Shown here: piece by piece, positions 1 to 11,800 of the stretch | How positions within the stretch are numbered: the stretch's first letter is position 1 | How the letters are laid out: the number at the start of each line of letters is the position of its first letter | From: Monocercomonoides exilis PA203 | Lineage: Eukaryota; Protista; Preaxostyla | Assembly (NCBI GenBank): GCA_001643675.2 | Contig: LSRY02000031.1 | Coordinates: 124,001-188,000 of the forward strand | DNA length: 64,000 bases | Reading direction: 5' to 3' | Translations under genes and position numbers: made by a program | The notes under the pieces: model-generated | Seen by the model: the letters and a program-made list of their open reading frames with translations, nothing else | What the model was told of the DNA's origin: nothing | The model's database searches: none

Positions 1-64
1 TAAGTGCTTCTCAAAAATTAACAAGTTTGCATGAAATTCACATTTTTTAGAAAAATAATAACAG

Positions 65-1396
65 GTGCATTTTGTTTTAATAATAGAAATGCTTTTAAAA
101 CTGGAAAGTTGTCCTTATGATGAAAGAAAACAGACAATTACCAAAATGTGCAGAATGGTCAGCAACATGGACAAGGAGGAATTGAAATTGGTTATTGAAA
201 ACAATATTTTCAATACAATTGAAAATATGGTAGAGAACAAAAAAATTGCATTGGAATGCTTATTTCCGTTGTTGAAAGAAATTGAATATTGGAAAGAGAT
301 GAAAAATATTTGGAGTCTTCATTTTGAAGAATCTTTGTTGTGTCAAAGATTTGAAAAGATGATTGTTGATGAAATTGAGAAGAAAGATGGAAAGAATGAA
401 AAGTTTCTGATCAATCTTTGTGAACGCTATCTTTTGCTTAATGACGTATTTTCTTCAGACTTGGCATCTATTAGCATACCTTATCTTTTTGCAGTTGCTT
501 CAAGCAAAGAGGAAAACGAAGAGATTCAAAGGGAAGTCGAGATAGTTTTATTAATAATGTGCAACTTAATAGATGCTGATGTTTGATTTCATTCGATTTA
601 AAAAGAGTAATAAAGAGTCTTTTTTATTTTGTTCAAATTTGTAATTTTTTTCTCAAAGGGTATTGAAAAAGATCTTTTTTCGAATGGACTTGCTGACTTG
701 GTCAAGTATCATAAACAGCATCACAACCTAACTCATGTTTCATACGAATCTGCTTGGATGATTTTAATTTGCCTATCTTCTTATAAAAAAGTTCATCTGA
801 ATGAGATGGATTTTGTTAAAGAAGCAATACGAGAATTGGAAGAACTCTTGAAAAGTGTTGATTGGAAGAAACAGGAAAAGGATATTGAAATGTCCAAAAA
901 CGTGTGCACAATAACAAGATGGTACTCGTCATTTGGGAGATGTTTCTTTTCCAACGAAACGTGGAAAGAAGAATGCGCAGAATTGGTTGCATTCAACGCA
1001 AAGTTGTGCAAAATAGCTAAAAAGAAGAGTGGATCTATTTCGAATTGCTGCTTTTTGCTTTATGAAACAATGATTCGGTTGAAAAAAGTGAACTTAGAAT
1101 GCTTCGTGAAAGAAGGTGTTGTTGATTCCATTTTAGAAGAAATTGTCCAATCAACACTTGAAAAGGAACTGATTTTTTACTGCTTAAATTTTTTTTCAGC
1201 GCTTTCGAAAATGCAGATATCTGGCTTTGATATTGAAAACTATGAATTGAATATTAAGAAAACGAAAAAAGAATTGTTTGTAAAGTTGGAGGAAGAAGGA
1301 TATGACGATATGATTATCAGCTTCAATGAACCATTTTTAAAGAGCGATTATTCAATCTATTTTAAAAAGATTGAAGATTATAATGTTTCACCCTGA
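65..1396 (+). CDS. Member of an expanded lineage-specific helical (ARM-like) protein family; 5' end probably outside the window; intron ~581-658
   Basis: ORFs 65-586 and 629-1396 can be joined by a GT(581)...AG(658) intron. The motifs LINLCERYLLL, EVEIVLL, YHKQHHNLTHVSYESAW, VDWKK and LEEEGYDD recur in paralogs at 5946-7309 and 40779-42780. Confidence 0.75.
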
Positions 1397-1582
1397 TTTA
1401 TTTTTTTCTGGCAAGGAATCACATTTGTCTTTGAAACAAATAACTTGAATAACTTTTTCACAAATGTTTTTGAAGATTTTGTTTTTTTATATAAATAAAA
1501 ATTATGAAGATAATTGTATTCAAGTTGATATTTTTTTCTTTACTCTTTTGATCACTTATACCACAAGCGAGACTATTTTTTT

Positions 1583-3768
1583 ATGGCTGTGGCAACACTT
1601 ATTTTTCCAGGTAAAATTTGTTTTTCATAAAATATATACATCATTAAACTTTTTTTATTAATTTTTATTGCAGATGACTCTTTGAAAGAATCATTTGCCC
1701 AAGCACAAGTGCAGAAAAACAAACGTTGGATCAAGTGTGAAATTGAGAATGAGAAAATTGTAGAAAAGGACTCCGCACCTCCTTCAAACTCTGTTATTGA
1801 TGATTTTGAGAGCATTAGAAAATTTTTCGAAGGTTTGCAAGTGCCAATTAAAGTTATCACGAAAATATGTTAATTTTTTGTAATCTTGAATTATTTAAAA
1901 ATTAATTACCAGAATTTGAAGCTTGCTATATTCTATTTCGCTTGGACATGAACGATCCAAATTCCTGGATACTCATCAGATTTATTCATGAAAGATCTCT
2001 TGTGAGAAAAAGAATGCTCTATTCGTCTTCATCAGAAAATGTCAAGCGTTCTCTGGGGATGGCATGCTTCAAGTTCAATTTCTTTGGAGTGGAGAAAGAT
2101 AGCATGACGCTTACTCGCTTTGTGGAAGATAACTTAAGCCTTCTCACAGATTCAATAAAAAATGAACTTGCATCAATTGTGTCAACAATCACATCTGATA
2201 TAATTGAAGACGAAAAAGAGAGAGAACGAATAAGAAAATTGCAGAATGAAGTCCATGAGGAGATATATTCCACCGAAGAACGTGCGAAACGGGCAGAGGC
2301 ATGCTATACAATTAGAAAATTCTTTAATTTATAATTTATTTTTATTTGATCAAATTTTATTTCTAAATTGAGCAGGCAAGAATGGAAGTACATACTGGCG
2401 GATCGTCAACGTTAGACTATCCTGTGGACGATAGCGTTGATGCTGCGTTAATGAAAATGAAGGAAGGAAAATTGAACTTTATTGAATTGGTATGCTTTTG
2501 GGAAAAAAAATTAATTTTTTATTTGAAATGGAGCAGGGGGGGGGGGGGGAATAGATTGGAAAATAAATACAGATATTATTGACTTGTTTTTTACCATTTT
2601 GTTTTTGCTTGTGTAAAGACGTATATTTGAATCGTTTAACCTTTTTTTTTATTGAAAAATTACTTTTTTTGAATTAAAATTTTATGTTTAAATGAAATCA
2701 CATTTATGTGTTTATTCTAAAATTATATTTATTTATTTATTTATTTATTTCTTATTTCCCAAAACTTTTCAATATTATATAATTTTCATTTAACTTTGTT
2801 TTATTTTTTAAATATATTTAATTTATTCTAATTATATTTTTTTTCCCCAAACCCACAATAACGCCCTCCAGTCACTCATCAATGAAAGACTGACAGCCAC
2901 CCGCGAGACAGACTGTGCTGTCAGCAGCGTCTGCTCAGCAGTCGACTCAAAATTGCCTCATTTCTATGTCTTCCCGGCACCTGCTGAGATGGTCGGGAAG
3001 AGCGGGGCTTATGGTGTGGATGTGAGGGAGAGAGAGAGAGAGAGAGAAGAAGAAGAGAGAAGAAGAGAGAAGAAGAGAGAAGAAAATGAGGGGGGAAAAA
3101 TAAATGCTTATTATTATTTTATATTCAAAAAGAAATAATTTTATTGAAATTTTTGGTTTTTTGGTTTTTGATTGAGCTTCTAAAAGCATTCAGCATTGCT
3201 TTTAGTTACAACATTTGTACAGAATTTATTGAGAGCCTTGTTATTTTCAATATTTTTTAATTTTCATTCATTTATTTTTAAAAATTTCTTCTTCATTCAT
3301 TTTTTTGATTTAATATTTCACTTTTTGTTCAAACTTTTTTATCATTCCTTTTTTTCTCTTTCATTATCGTCTTCTTGTTCTTCTTCTACAAATAATTTTA
3401 TTTTCCTTTTCTTTCTTCTTCTCTTTCATTATTATTTTTATTTCTATTAAAATTTCTATATAATATTATTAACATAATCAATCTGCAGTGTTTGTGTATT
3501 CGTGTCCAACAGGCTGCCCTGTCCGCTCTCGTATGCAATATTCAATGGGAAAAGGATCAACCATCGACGTCATCAAAAAGAGAGGAATAAACATCATCAG
3601 AACTGTATGCTTATTTATCGTGATTGTTATTTTTCTTAATTTGCTTTTTCATCCTTTCTTTCATCCTTTCTTTCTCTTTCTCTCTCTCTTTCTCTTTCTT
3701 TCTTTTCCTCATATTCTTCCTCTTTTTACTTTTTCCTCTTCCTCTTCCTCTTCCTCTCTTCATCTCTC

Positions 3769-3799
<31 letters not shown>

Positions 3800-4117
3800 C
3801 TTTCTCTCTCTCTCTCCATCCAGATTGAATCCCAACAAGCAGAGTTAGATCTGACTGAAAAGAGCATTGCAGATGAGCTCTCAACTGTGTCTGTGTCTCC
3901 TTCTCCTTCTCCTTCCTTCCCGTCTTCTTCGCCTCCTCCCTCTGAAAATGACTACATGGACAAGCCTTCCATTCAGAAAACTGGCAGAACTCAGACAAGA
4001 ACTATTAGTTTGATGCATTTTGCATTTATTTTATTTTATTTCTTTTATTTCTTTTTTTTTTTTCTTTCTTTTTTTTCTTCTCTTCTTATCTTTTCTTATC
4101 ATTTATATTTTTTTCCC

Positions 4118-4159
<42 letters not shown>

Positions 4160-4591
4160 AAACAATATATCCATATTTATTAATATATTTCTATGTATAT
4201 ATTTATCTTAATATTTATCTTTCCATTCCTTATTCATTCACATCTGTCAGCACGTGTCCGCCCATCAGCTACTCATTCCACCAGCTCTTTTGCCCGCAGC
4301 TCGTTCCGCCCATCAGTCAAAATCCCTCTGAAAAGCTCTCCTTCTCCTTCTCCATCGCCTTCTTCTTCCTCTTCTTCCTCTTCCTCTTCTGCTGTTGCTG
4401 AGCAGAAAGAGACAGAAACTGAGGAAAAACCAAAGGAAGAGACAAAGGAAGAGATAAAAGAAGAGGTAAAGGAAGAGAATGAAGAGCAGACACCTGCAAA
4501 AGAGAATGAGGAGGAGCAAATGATACAAACTGAAGAAGGGAATGCGGAACAAGAAAAATTACAAGAAGAAACTGATCCTCTTTCAGAGTAA
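1583..4591 (+). CDS. TWF: Twinfilin-like actin-binding protein (two ADF-H domains plus an extended acidic tail), multi-exon
   Basis: Hand-spliced exons: 1583-1610, 1674-1832, 1913-2298, 2376-2489, 2872-3021, 3488-3604, 3824-~4007, ~4250-4591. They give RWIKCEIENEKIV...ACYILFRLD...SWILI...VRKRMLYSSS...FFG (ADF-H 1), the linker LDYPVDD...LNFIEL, and PHFYVF...VFVYSCP...VRSRMQYS (ADF-H 2), matching twinfilin architecture. Confidence 0.85.
3028..4155. repeat. (GA)n/(CT)n microsatellites in twinfilin introns
   Basis: GA-rich run at ~3028-3085 and CT-rich runs at ~3655-3815 and ~4121-4155. Confidence 0.9.
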
Positions 4592-4817
4592 ACAATGAGA
4601 AATCGTATTTGAATATTTGAAAATGGACTATTGTTTTTTATTTAATATTTTTAAATGCGCAAGCAATTGTTTGTTTGCTTATTATTTTATCTCACTCTTA
4701 TTCTAAACTCAGAGAGACTTTGAAAGTCAATTCACATTTATTGTAAACATTTTAATGATTAACCATTATTTAAAGTTTTGAAAAATAAATAAAAATTTGA
4801 AAAACATTTGGCAAAAG

Positions 4818-5510
4818 ATGCTGCAAGACACTCTCAAAGAAATACAGCTTATAGCAGGTTTTTATTTTTCTATATTATAATAATTTAAACATTTTGTATG
4901 TAATTTTGCACCTACAGAAGCACAACAAATTTGTGATGAATTAAGGAATTGCATTGAAGAAATGACTAGATCAATGCAAACCTTGCATTTTGAAATAGAG
5001 TCAAAAAAGAAAAAAGTAATTGATTGCAAATCGGATGTTAATGTTTTGCAGGAGCACCTTTCATTTGTTAATGAAGAAATATTGAATAAAACAAAAAAGA
5101 TAGATGATATGAATTTAGAAGTTGAAACCCTAACACATCAAAAGAAATCGTTGCAAAAACAATATGATGATCTTTCTTTGTGCATCAAATCAAATGATGA
5201 GATTATTGATGAAATGAAGCTTCAAATTTCCAATGAACTTTTAAAGGTTACATCTCTTCCAGAGCAACAATCGCAACTTAAATCACGAATAACTCAACTT
5301 GATAAAGACATTCATCAGGAACGAATTAGAACAAAGCAATTGGAAAAACAAATTCATTCTAATCAATTAAGTATTCAGGCTTTGAATTCTGCGTTTATTT
5401 CAATTTCGGAGCAATTGTCAAAAACTTTACCAAAGAAGCACATTTCAAGCAATGCAAAAAAAGCTTTAGAAAGAGCTAAATTTGTTTCGTCAAGAATACA
5501 AAATACTTAG
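4818..5510 (+). CDS. Coiled-coil hypothetical protein, two exons
   Basis: ATG at 4818. A GT-AG intron at 4858-4917 joins in frame to ORF 4962-5510. The sequence is heptad-rich (L/Q/E/K). Confidence 0.7.
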
Positions 5511-5945
5511 CATTAAAGAATAGAAAAAACAAAGTTATTGTTTCTAACTTTTGAGTTGAAAAGTGTTATATAAAGGATTTTAACAACTGCTTTTCACTTT
5601 TTGTTTTATTGTTTATTTTTAACTTGATTTGTTTTCTATACACAATTTTCAAAAAATTCTATTCGATCAATCAGTCCCATTGCAACATATCTAATGAAAT
5701 AAATCGGATTTTTGTGTTGATATATCTTTTTAATTGTGTAAATACCCAAATGAATGATGTGAGCAGGGATATTTTCATGTATATTTATGGTTTTTGTTTT
5801 ACGTCAATTTCTTCTGTTTAAATTCATACGAATTTTATATGAATGATTTAAATGTGATTTATTGAATGGCACAATCTTACAAAATAACGGAATATGAGTA
5901 TAACCAAAAGGGTCACTTTTGCGCAGTTGTTTATAATTTGATATC

Positions 5946-7309
5946 TTGTGTATTCCGTTGCTTGAAAAAATTTTTTTATTATTGAATTGCTTTTTTTGCA
6001 GGAAGATTGCAATAAAGAAGTACAAAAACTATAAACGCTTGAAATTAATGGACCAATGGAGGAAATGGATGAAAAAATTATTCAATTCTATATTTACGAT
6101 ATGGCTGTTCGATAGGATGAATAAAACAATTGAGAAAGAGGAATCATCGACGAGGAATGCGTGTTTATTACTGAAGAGCTTGGGGCATTGCGCCATTCTG
6201 AAGAATTTATGGAACCTGGATTTTATACTATCATCATTGAGGTCTAGATTCGAGAAGATAATTATTTGTGAAAATAAAAAGAAAGAAGGAAAGGATATCA
6301 ATCTTCTTGTTGATCTTTGCGAATGCTGTCTTTTGCTTTTCTACAATCTTGACTCTGAAGAAGTATCAATATGTGTGCCTTGCCTTTTGAAGGTTGCGTT
6401 GAACAAGAAGAAAAACATAGAAATTCAAAGAATAGTGGAAATGGCCTTGCTGTCTTTGAGCCTAATTTATCAGTTGGATGTGTGATTGATTTATTAATCA
6501 GATTTCTGTTCATTTAGTGATGTTTTTTTTTATTTTATTATTTTTGATAAGGAAGTGGAACATAAAAAATTTTTGCGTGAAATCAAAGAAATTGTGCTAT
6601 ATCATCAGAAACATCATAATCTGACTCATCTTGCTTATCAATCAATTTGGCTTTATTTTACCTTCAGATTGGACTTTGACAAAAGCTTTAAGAAAGAGTT
6701 TGTGATTGAACTTCATTTTTTGAGAGAGGCAAAAAGTGAACTGGAAAATTTTATGAAATGTGTTGATTGGAAGAGAAAAGAAGAAAAAGAAAAAGAAACG
6801 AAAGAAGAGATTGTTTTGAAGAGATAGATCACATCATTGAATCGTAATTTTTACAAATCCAAATTGTGGAATGAAGAATATGCTGGGCTAATTGGCAGAA
6901 TTGTTCAGGCATATCAAGCAGTGAAGGATAATCACAGTGAAATTCACGTTAGTTGCCTTTCTTCATTCAAAAATGTATCAGATAAATAAAACGTGAAATT
7001 TGATGACAAATTGAAATGAAGAGTAATAGATAACATTTTGGAGGAGATACAGAGTCCAACGTTGGATGGCAAAATTGCAATTTCATTCTTGATATTTTTA
7101 ATGAAAGCTTTGAAGCCATTTAAAGAAAAGGAGATTTACGAAGAGGAAAAAATGAAAAGAAGAGTTGAAAAGGAAAGTGCATGAAAAGATGGTGGAAGAA
7201 AGACGAAGATTTCATTGTGTGTTTTCATGGAATATTTGTTTTTCTTAACGAAGAAAATGATGATGATAAATTATCGTTCGATATTTCTAATTTTCTTGAA
7301 AATGCTTAA
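5946..7309 (+). pseudogene. Disrupted member of the expanded helical protein family
   Basis: Same motifs as the paralogs (LLVDLCECCLLL, ICVPCLLKVAL, YHQKHHNLTHLAYQSIW, VDWKRK), but with a premature stop at 6825-6827 and further stops/frameshifts downstream. Confidence 0.75.
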
Positions 7310-8475
7310 ATATTGAAAACACATTTATTGTGACTCAAATTTTTCATTTTTTCCATTTATTTCTTCATTTCGATAAATTGAAAACAGCTGGTCTAATGTT
7401 TTTAAATATTATTTTATTAATTTTTAGAAAACGAATTAAAAAGGAAAAAGAAGAACCTTTAAATGTTCACAATAATGAGAAAGGAAGATTCAAGTAAGAT
7501 TTGATTTCTGAGTTGCCTTTTTATTGCGTCCGCCACTTCAATCTCGCCTGAAAGATACTGATTATCAATTGTTCCTACGCATACCAAAATATTCACATCA
7601 AAAGTTATGCCCACATTTTTGTTCATTTTCATTATTGCTTTGCTTTCACTGTTTTGAAATATTTGTTGAAAAAGAAAAATTATCTGAATAAGCAAGATAT
7701 AAATTCGGATCCATCAGCAAATTCCATTTTTATCTATTGTCCTGATCTGCCTGACAATTAAAATCACATATGCGCCAAGTGTTACTGACTTGTTTGAGTT
7801 GAGATAGTAGAGTTTTGTTCGTTTATCGCAGGATAAAAATGATAAGTCGATAATTAATGTTCTTTCTGATGAAATCGAAATTGATAATGTGTAGTGAAAG
7901 GATTTTGAATAATTTAACTTTGTATTTAGAGCGTTAAAAAATCAATAGTGAATCGTTATTGAAGGCATTTGATGTATCAGCATTTTATCCAGTTATTCAT
8001 CTGACAGTTCATTTTAAACCTTCAAATATGTTAGCAAAAATTAATTTGGAACAGTCCGGAATAAATATTTCGCTTGAAAACTTTCTGTGCTTTGTGCACA
8101 ATAAAAGTTGAATTTTTATCATTATTGAAGAAAAGGAAATTCTCGAACAAAATGTTTGTGATTAACGATTTTTCATTATAATTTTGCAATCCGCAACGAC
8201 TCTTCACAGCTTTCATGTGTTAATTTTCCAAATAGATATATCTCTTTTGATTGTTAAAAAAACAAACTTCCTGTTAGGTGCGAAAATAAATGAGATATTT
8301 CAAACAAAAATGAATTGCAATTCTGTTTATGCCAAGTCAGTATTCCATTTCACTATGTTTATTTTGTTGAACAAAACGAAAATTTGTAATGTCATGTTGT
8401 TTTTACAATTAATATTTATTTTTTCTAAAAAAAAGACTGATATAGTAAAAATAAGAAATGTTATGGTTGATATTA

Positions 8476-8556
8476 TAATTCGTAAAGAACAAACAAAACG
8501 ACAACACCTCTTGTTATGGGAGTAGGAGCCTATATTAAGGGCTCTGTCGCTTACCA
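8476..8556 (-). repeat. DIRS 3' inverted terminal repeat
   Basis: 8503-8556 is the exact reverse complement of 12798-12851; the outer part 8476-8512 is complementary to the ICR. Confidence 0.9.
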
Positions 8557-8741
8557 AATGAAGTGAAAACGGTGGATGAGAAAGAAAACGAAAAAAAATT
8601 GAAGAAAATTAAAGTAAGGTTAAATTGTGCAAAAAACAAAGTGCACAGAGGTTGTTGTGGCACGAAATGTGCAAAATAGGAAAGGTTAAAACTTATTATT
8701 ATAAAAGCAAAGGGTGGGAAGAGTTTACTCGTGGTGGGACA

Positions 8742-8843
8742 AAGAGGTGTTGTAGTTTTGTTTGTTCTTTACGAATTAAAGAACAGAGTACCTTAATTCT
8801 CCAGAACAAACGATCAACTACAACACCTCTTGTTATGGGAGTA
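8742..8843 (-). repeat. DIRS internal complementary region (ICR)
   Basis: 8742-8778 is the reverse complement of 8476-8512 (1 mismatch). 8776-8843 is the reverse complement of 12830-12897 (2 mismatches). The two halves overlap at TTA 8776-8778. Confidence 0.92.
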
Positions 8844-8859
8844 TAAGTAGTTGGGATTG

Positions 8860-11800
8860 TTATCTGTCAGCCTGAATGTGTCTTATTTCACTTGTCTGAA
8901 TTGTTCTTATCGTTGTAAGCTCAAATCTGCTGCAATCCTTAGTCATTTCTTCTGTCTGTGGGTTTGGGTCTCGAGTGTTCAAGTCCTTGGTGAGTTCGGG
9001 AGGAGGCTGCTGTTGGAATGTGATATTCGTTGGTAGGCAGGTTGTTAGGCCAGGTGGGCTGGCTGTTGGTGGCGGAGCTAGCTGAGGTGCGGAAGATGGG
9101 CTGAATCGCGTTAGGGACGTTTGGTTTTCCTGTTGGGGTGCTATCAGTGCGTGGGCCATACTGGATGCTAGGTTGGTTCTGAAGTAAGATCTCGTGGGGG
9201 TGTGCGCTGTTGGTGATAGGCGTGCGTGTCTGGCTATTAGCACTTCCGGTATTCCCTTCAAGGTTAAAGCTGAGATGGCTGCATGCTTGATCGTGTAAGG
9301 TCTGAATTCCTGTGGGATCCCCACTTGTGTCATTCCAAGCCTCGCTTGTCTCCTGATTCCTGATGTTTTAAGTGGAGTGTGGTGATTTGTATTCAGCAAG
9401 AAGGTGTCTCTTGACTCGTATGTTCTACGAACTCTCTCCCAAAGGCAATCTACTGCTCTTGCAGGGCAAATCCTTTCGTCTGTCTCACTTAAGAAGGGGA
9501 TTGTCAAGTAGCTAGGTGGAATTGAGGTTTTAAGGTGCGTGTAGATGTGGATGGCATCATTGTTGAATATAGATTTGCTCATGAAGAGTAGCTCAAGCTC
9601 GTGAAAGCGGCAGGCTGTAAACAGGACACATAGTAAGATACACTTCACTGAAAGTTCGAAGAAGGATAGGTCCGTGTTGCATGGTCGTGAATTGTAATAG
9701 TCAAACACCAGTGATGGGGACCACATGTATGTGAAAGGTCTTCTCGGAACGTGTGAACGGTGAAACGAGCGGAAGATTGTCTTTATGATTGGTATTTGCC
9801 CAATATCCTCTCCGTAACTTTGCCTGGAGAACAGGGACACCGCGGATCTCGTGGCACACAAGCAAGTGTAGGGGAATTTTTTCTCCTTCAGCTTCACAAA
9901 GAGCATGGCGCATCTTCTGCACCACTCTCCAAAGTCACTCGGAAACTCTCCACAATTTTCCTCTGTCCAAATCTGTCCAAAATGTGCAAATCCAAAGGTG
10001 TCGGCTGTCCATGTTGAAGGTGAAACACTGTTCTTGGTCTCTGCGATCAGTGATTGAGGAACTCCGCATTTCTGTAGGCTGCTGATCCACCACTGTTCAC
10101 CTCTTTGTGCCACCAGTTGAGTCTTGCTGCTAAGTAAGGTCCCGGTGGGAGTGATGCTCCCGACCTCTTCATTCCTGGGCCTGCCCTCAGTATTTTCCTC
10201 GAATCGCTCCATCTCAAGTAAGATGTCGTCATCTCTCTCAGAAGAGGTGTCCAGACCTGGAACCTCCAGGCTGGAAGAAGAATCACTGCTCTCGCGTGTT
10301 CTTCCTGTATCTTCTTGAGGCAAGGAAGAATCAGAGGGACTGGTGGATGAACTAGCGTCACCGCTCCTTTCCAATCTGCTTGAAGTCCGTCCTCCAGCTC
10401 TGGACTTCCTGGTCCAAACCAAGTCATTGCTTTCCTGTTTGTGGCGTTTGCAAAGGCGTCCTGTTCGACTGTAAGATCCAACTGATGTTCCAGCTCTTTT
10501 AATGCTCCGTTTGTGATTTCGTAGTCTCCAGCGCGCTGTAGCCTTGAGAGTGCGTCTGCTGTCGTGTTCTTTGTTCCCGGTAGGTGAACAGCCTTCATCT
10601 GAATGTTCCATTCTGTTATCGTCTTTCGGATTTTCCTCAGAAGAGAGAGAAGATTCGCTCCCGCTGCCCAGCGATTGATGTCGTAGACCACCGTCGTGTT
10701 GTCTGATCTTAGCAGGATTGTGTGTATGTGGCGCCCCAGGATAAGGGGAAGGAAGTGCTTGAGGGCCATTAAGACAGCCAACATCTCCTTGAAGTTGGAG
10801 GATTGGCTGATAAAAGCCTTGTTGAAAGGTTGGTGAAAGTGGAACAGAGAGCTGCCTATTCGGAGGGTTGCACCACAGGCCCGAGGTGAAGCATCGGTTG
10901 TCAACGTCGCGTCTGGAATTGCAAACGATATCCAAGGTCTTTCCTCCTTCTCTCTCAGTCTCGTCTTCCATCCATGAATCTGCTTGATGATCGAGGGGTT
11001 GACTCTCATCGTCGTATTCCATCCTTCCTTCTTCACTGCTCTGTTGAGAGCCCTGTATAATCTGTTCATTTGAAGCGAAGCGTCTCTGATGGCGAACCGT
11101 GTGGCGCTGATGAGACCTACAAACGATGCAAAGCTCTTGGTCTTGACCTCTGAGTTTCTCCTTGCAAGTCTCATCCACCGTTTGCACTCCTTCCTCAAGG
11201 ACCTGCATCTCTCCCGCTCCAAGCTGACTGTACCTCTCTTCGTCCTCCATGTCCATCCTAGATAGTCGAATGTCTGTCTCGGCTGCAGCCTGCTCTTGTC
11301 GAAGTTGACCAACAGTCCAAGCCTTCCAAGCCATGCGGTTATCTCCTTCATTGCTTTCTGAAGCTTGTTCCGGTCTTGATGCAGCAGTACGATGTCGTCC
11401 AAATAAGCTAGGCAGCGCAGCCCCCATCTGTGTCGTATTTCTTGTGCGACCTTCCTCATCAAACGTGTGAAAATGCGTGGCGCGTCCTTGTAGCCGAAGG
11501 GCATCCCTCTGAAGGCGTATGTTTTGTCTCTGAGAGTGAATGCAAGAAAGGGAATGAAAGAAGGGTGAACAGGAATTAGAAAGAACGCCTGTGACAAATC
11601 TATTGTTGTAGCGTAGTCCTCTTTTTGAAGTAACTTCTCCAGAGTCCTGTGATCTTCCATCTTGAAGTGTGTTTCTTTCACTGCGCTGTTGAGAGGTCTG
11701 CAGTCCAATATCTGCCTGTATTTGCCGTTCTTCTTCTTGACGAAAAACAGCGTGTTGAGACATCTTGCTGAACCTGGAGGAAGCTGAACCAGGATCCTCG

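Noticed and set aside
8184-9036. Small ORFs sharing peptides (KRCC.FVCSLRI, PLVMGV)
   Set aside because: They are translations of the ITR/ICR repeats.
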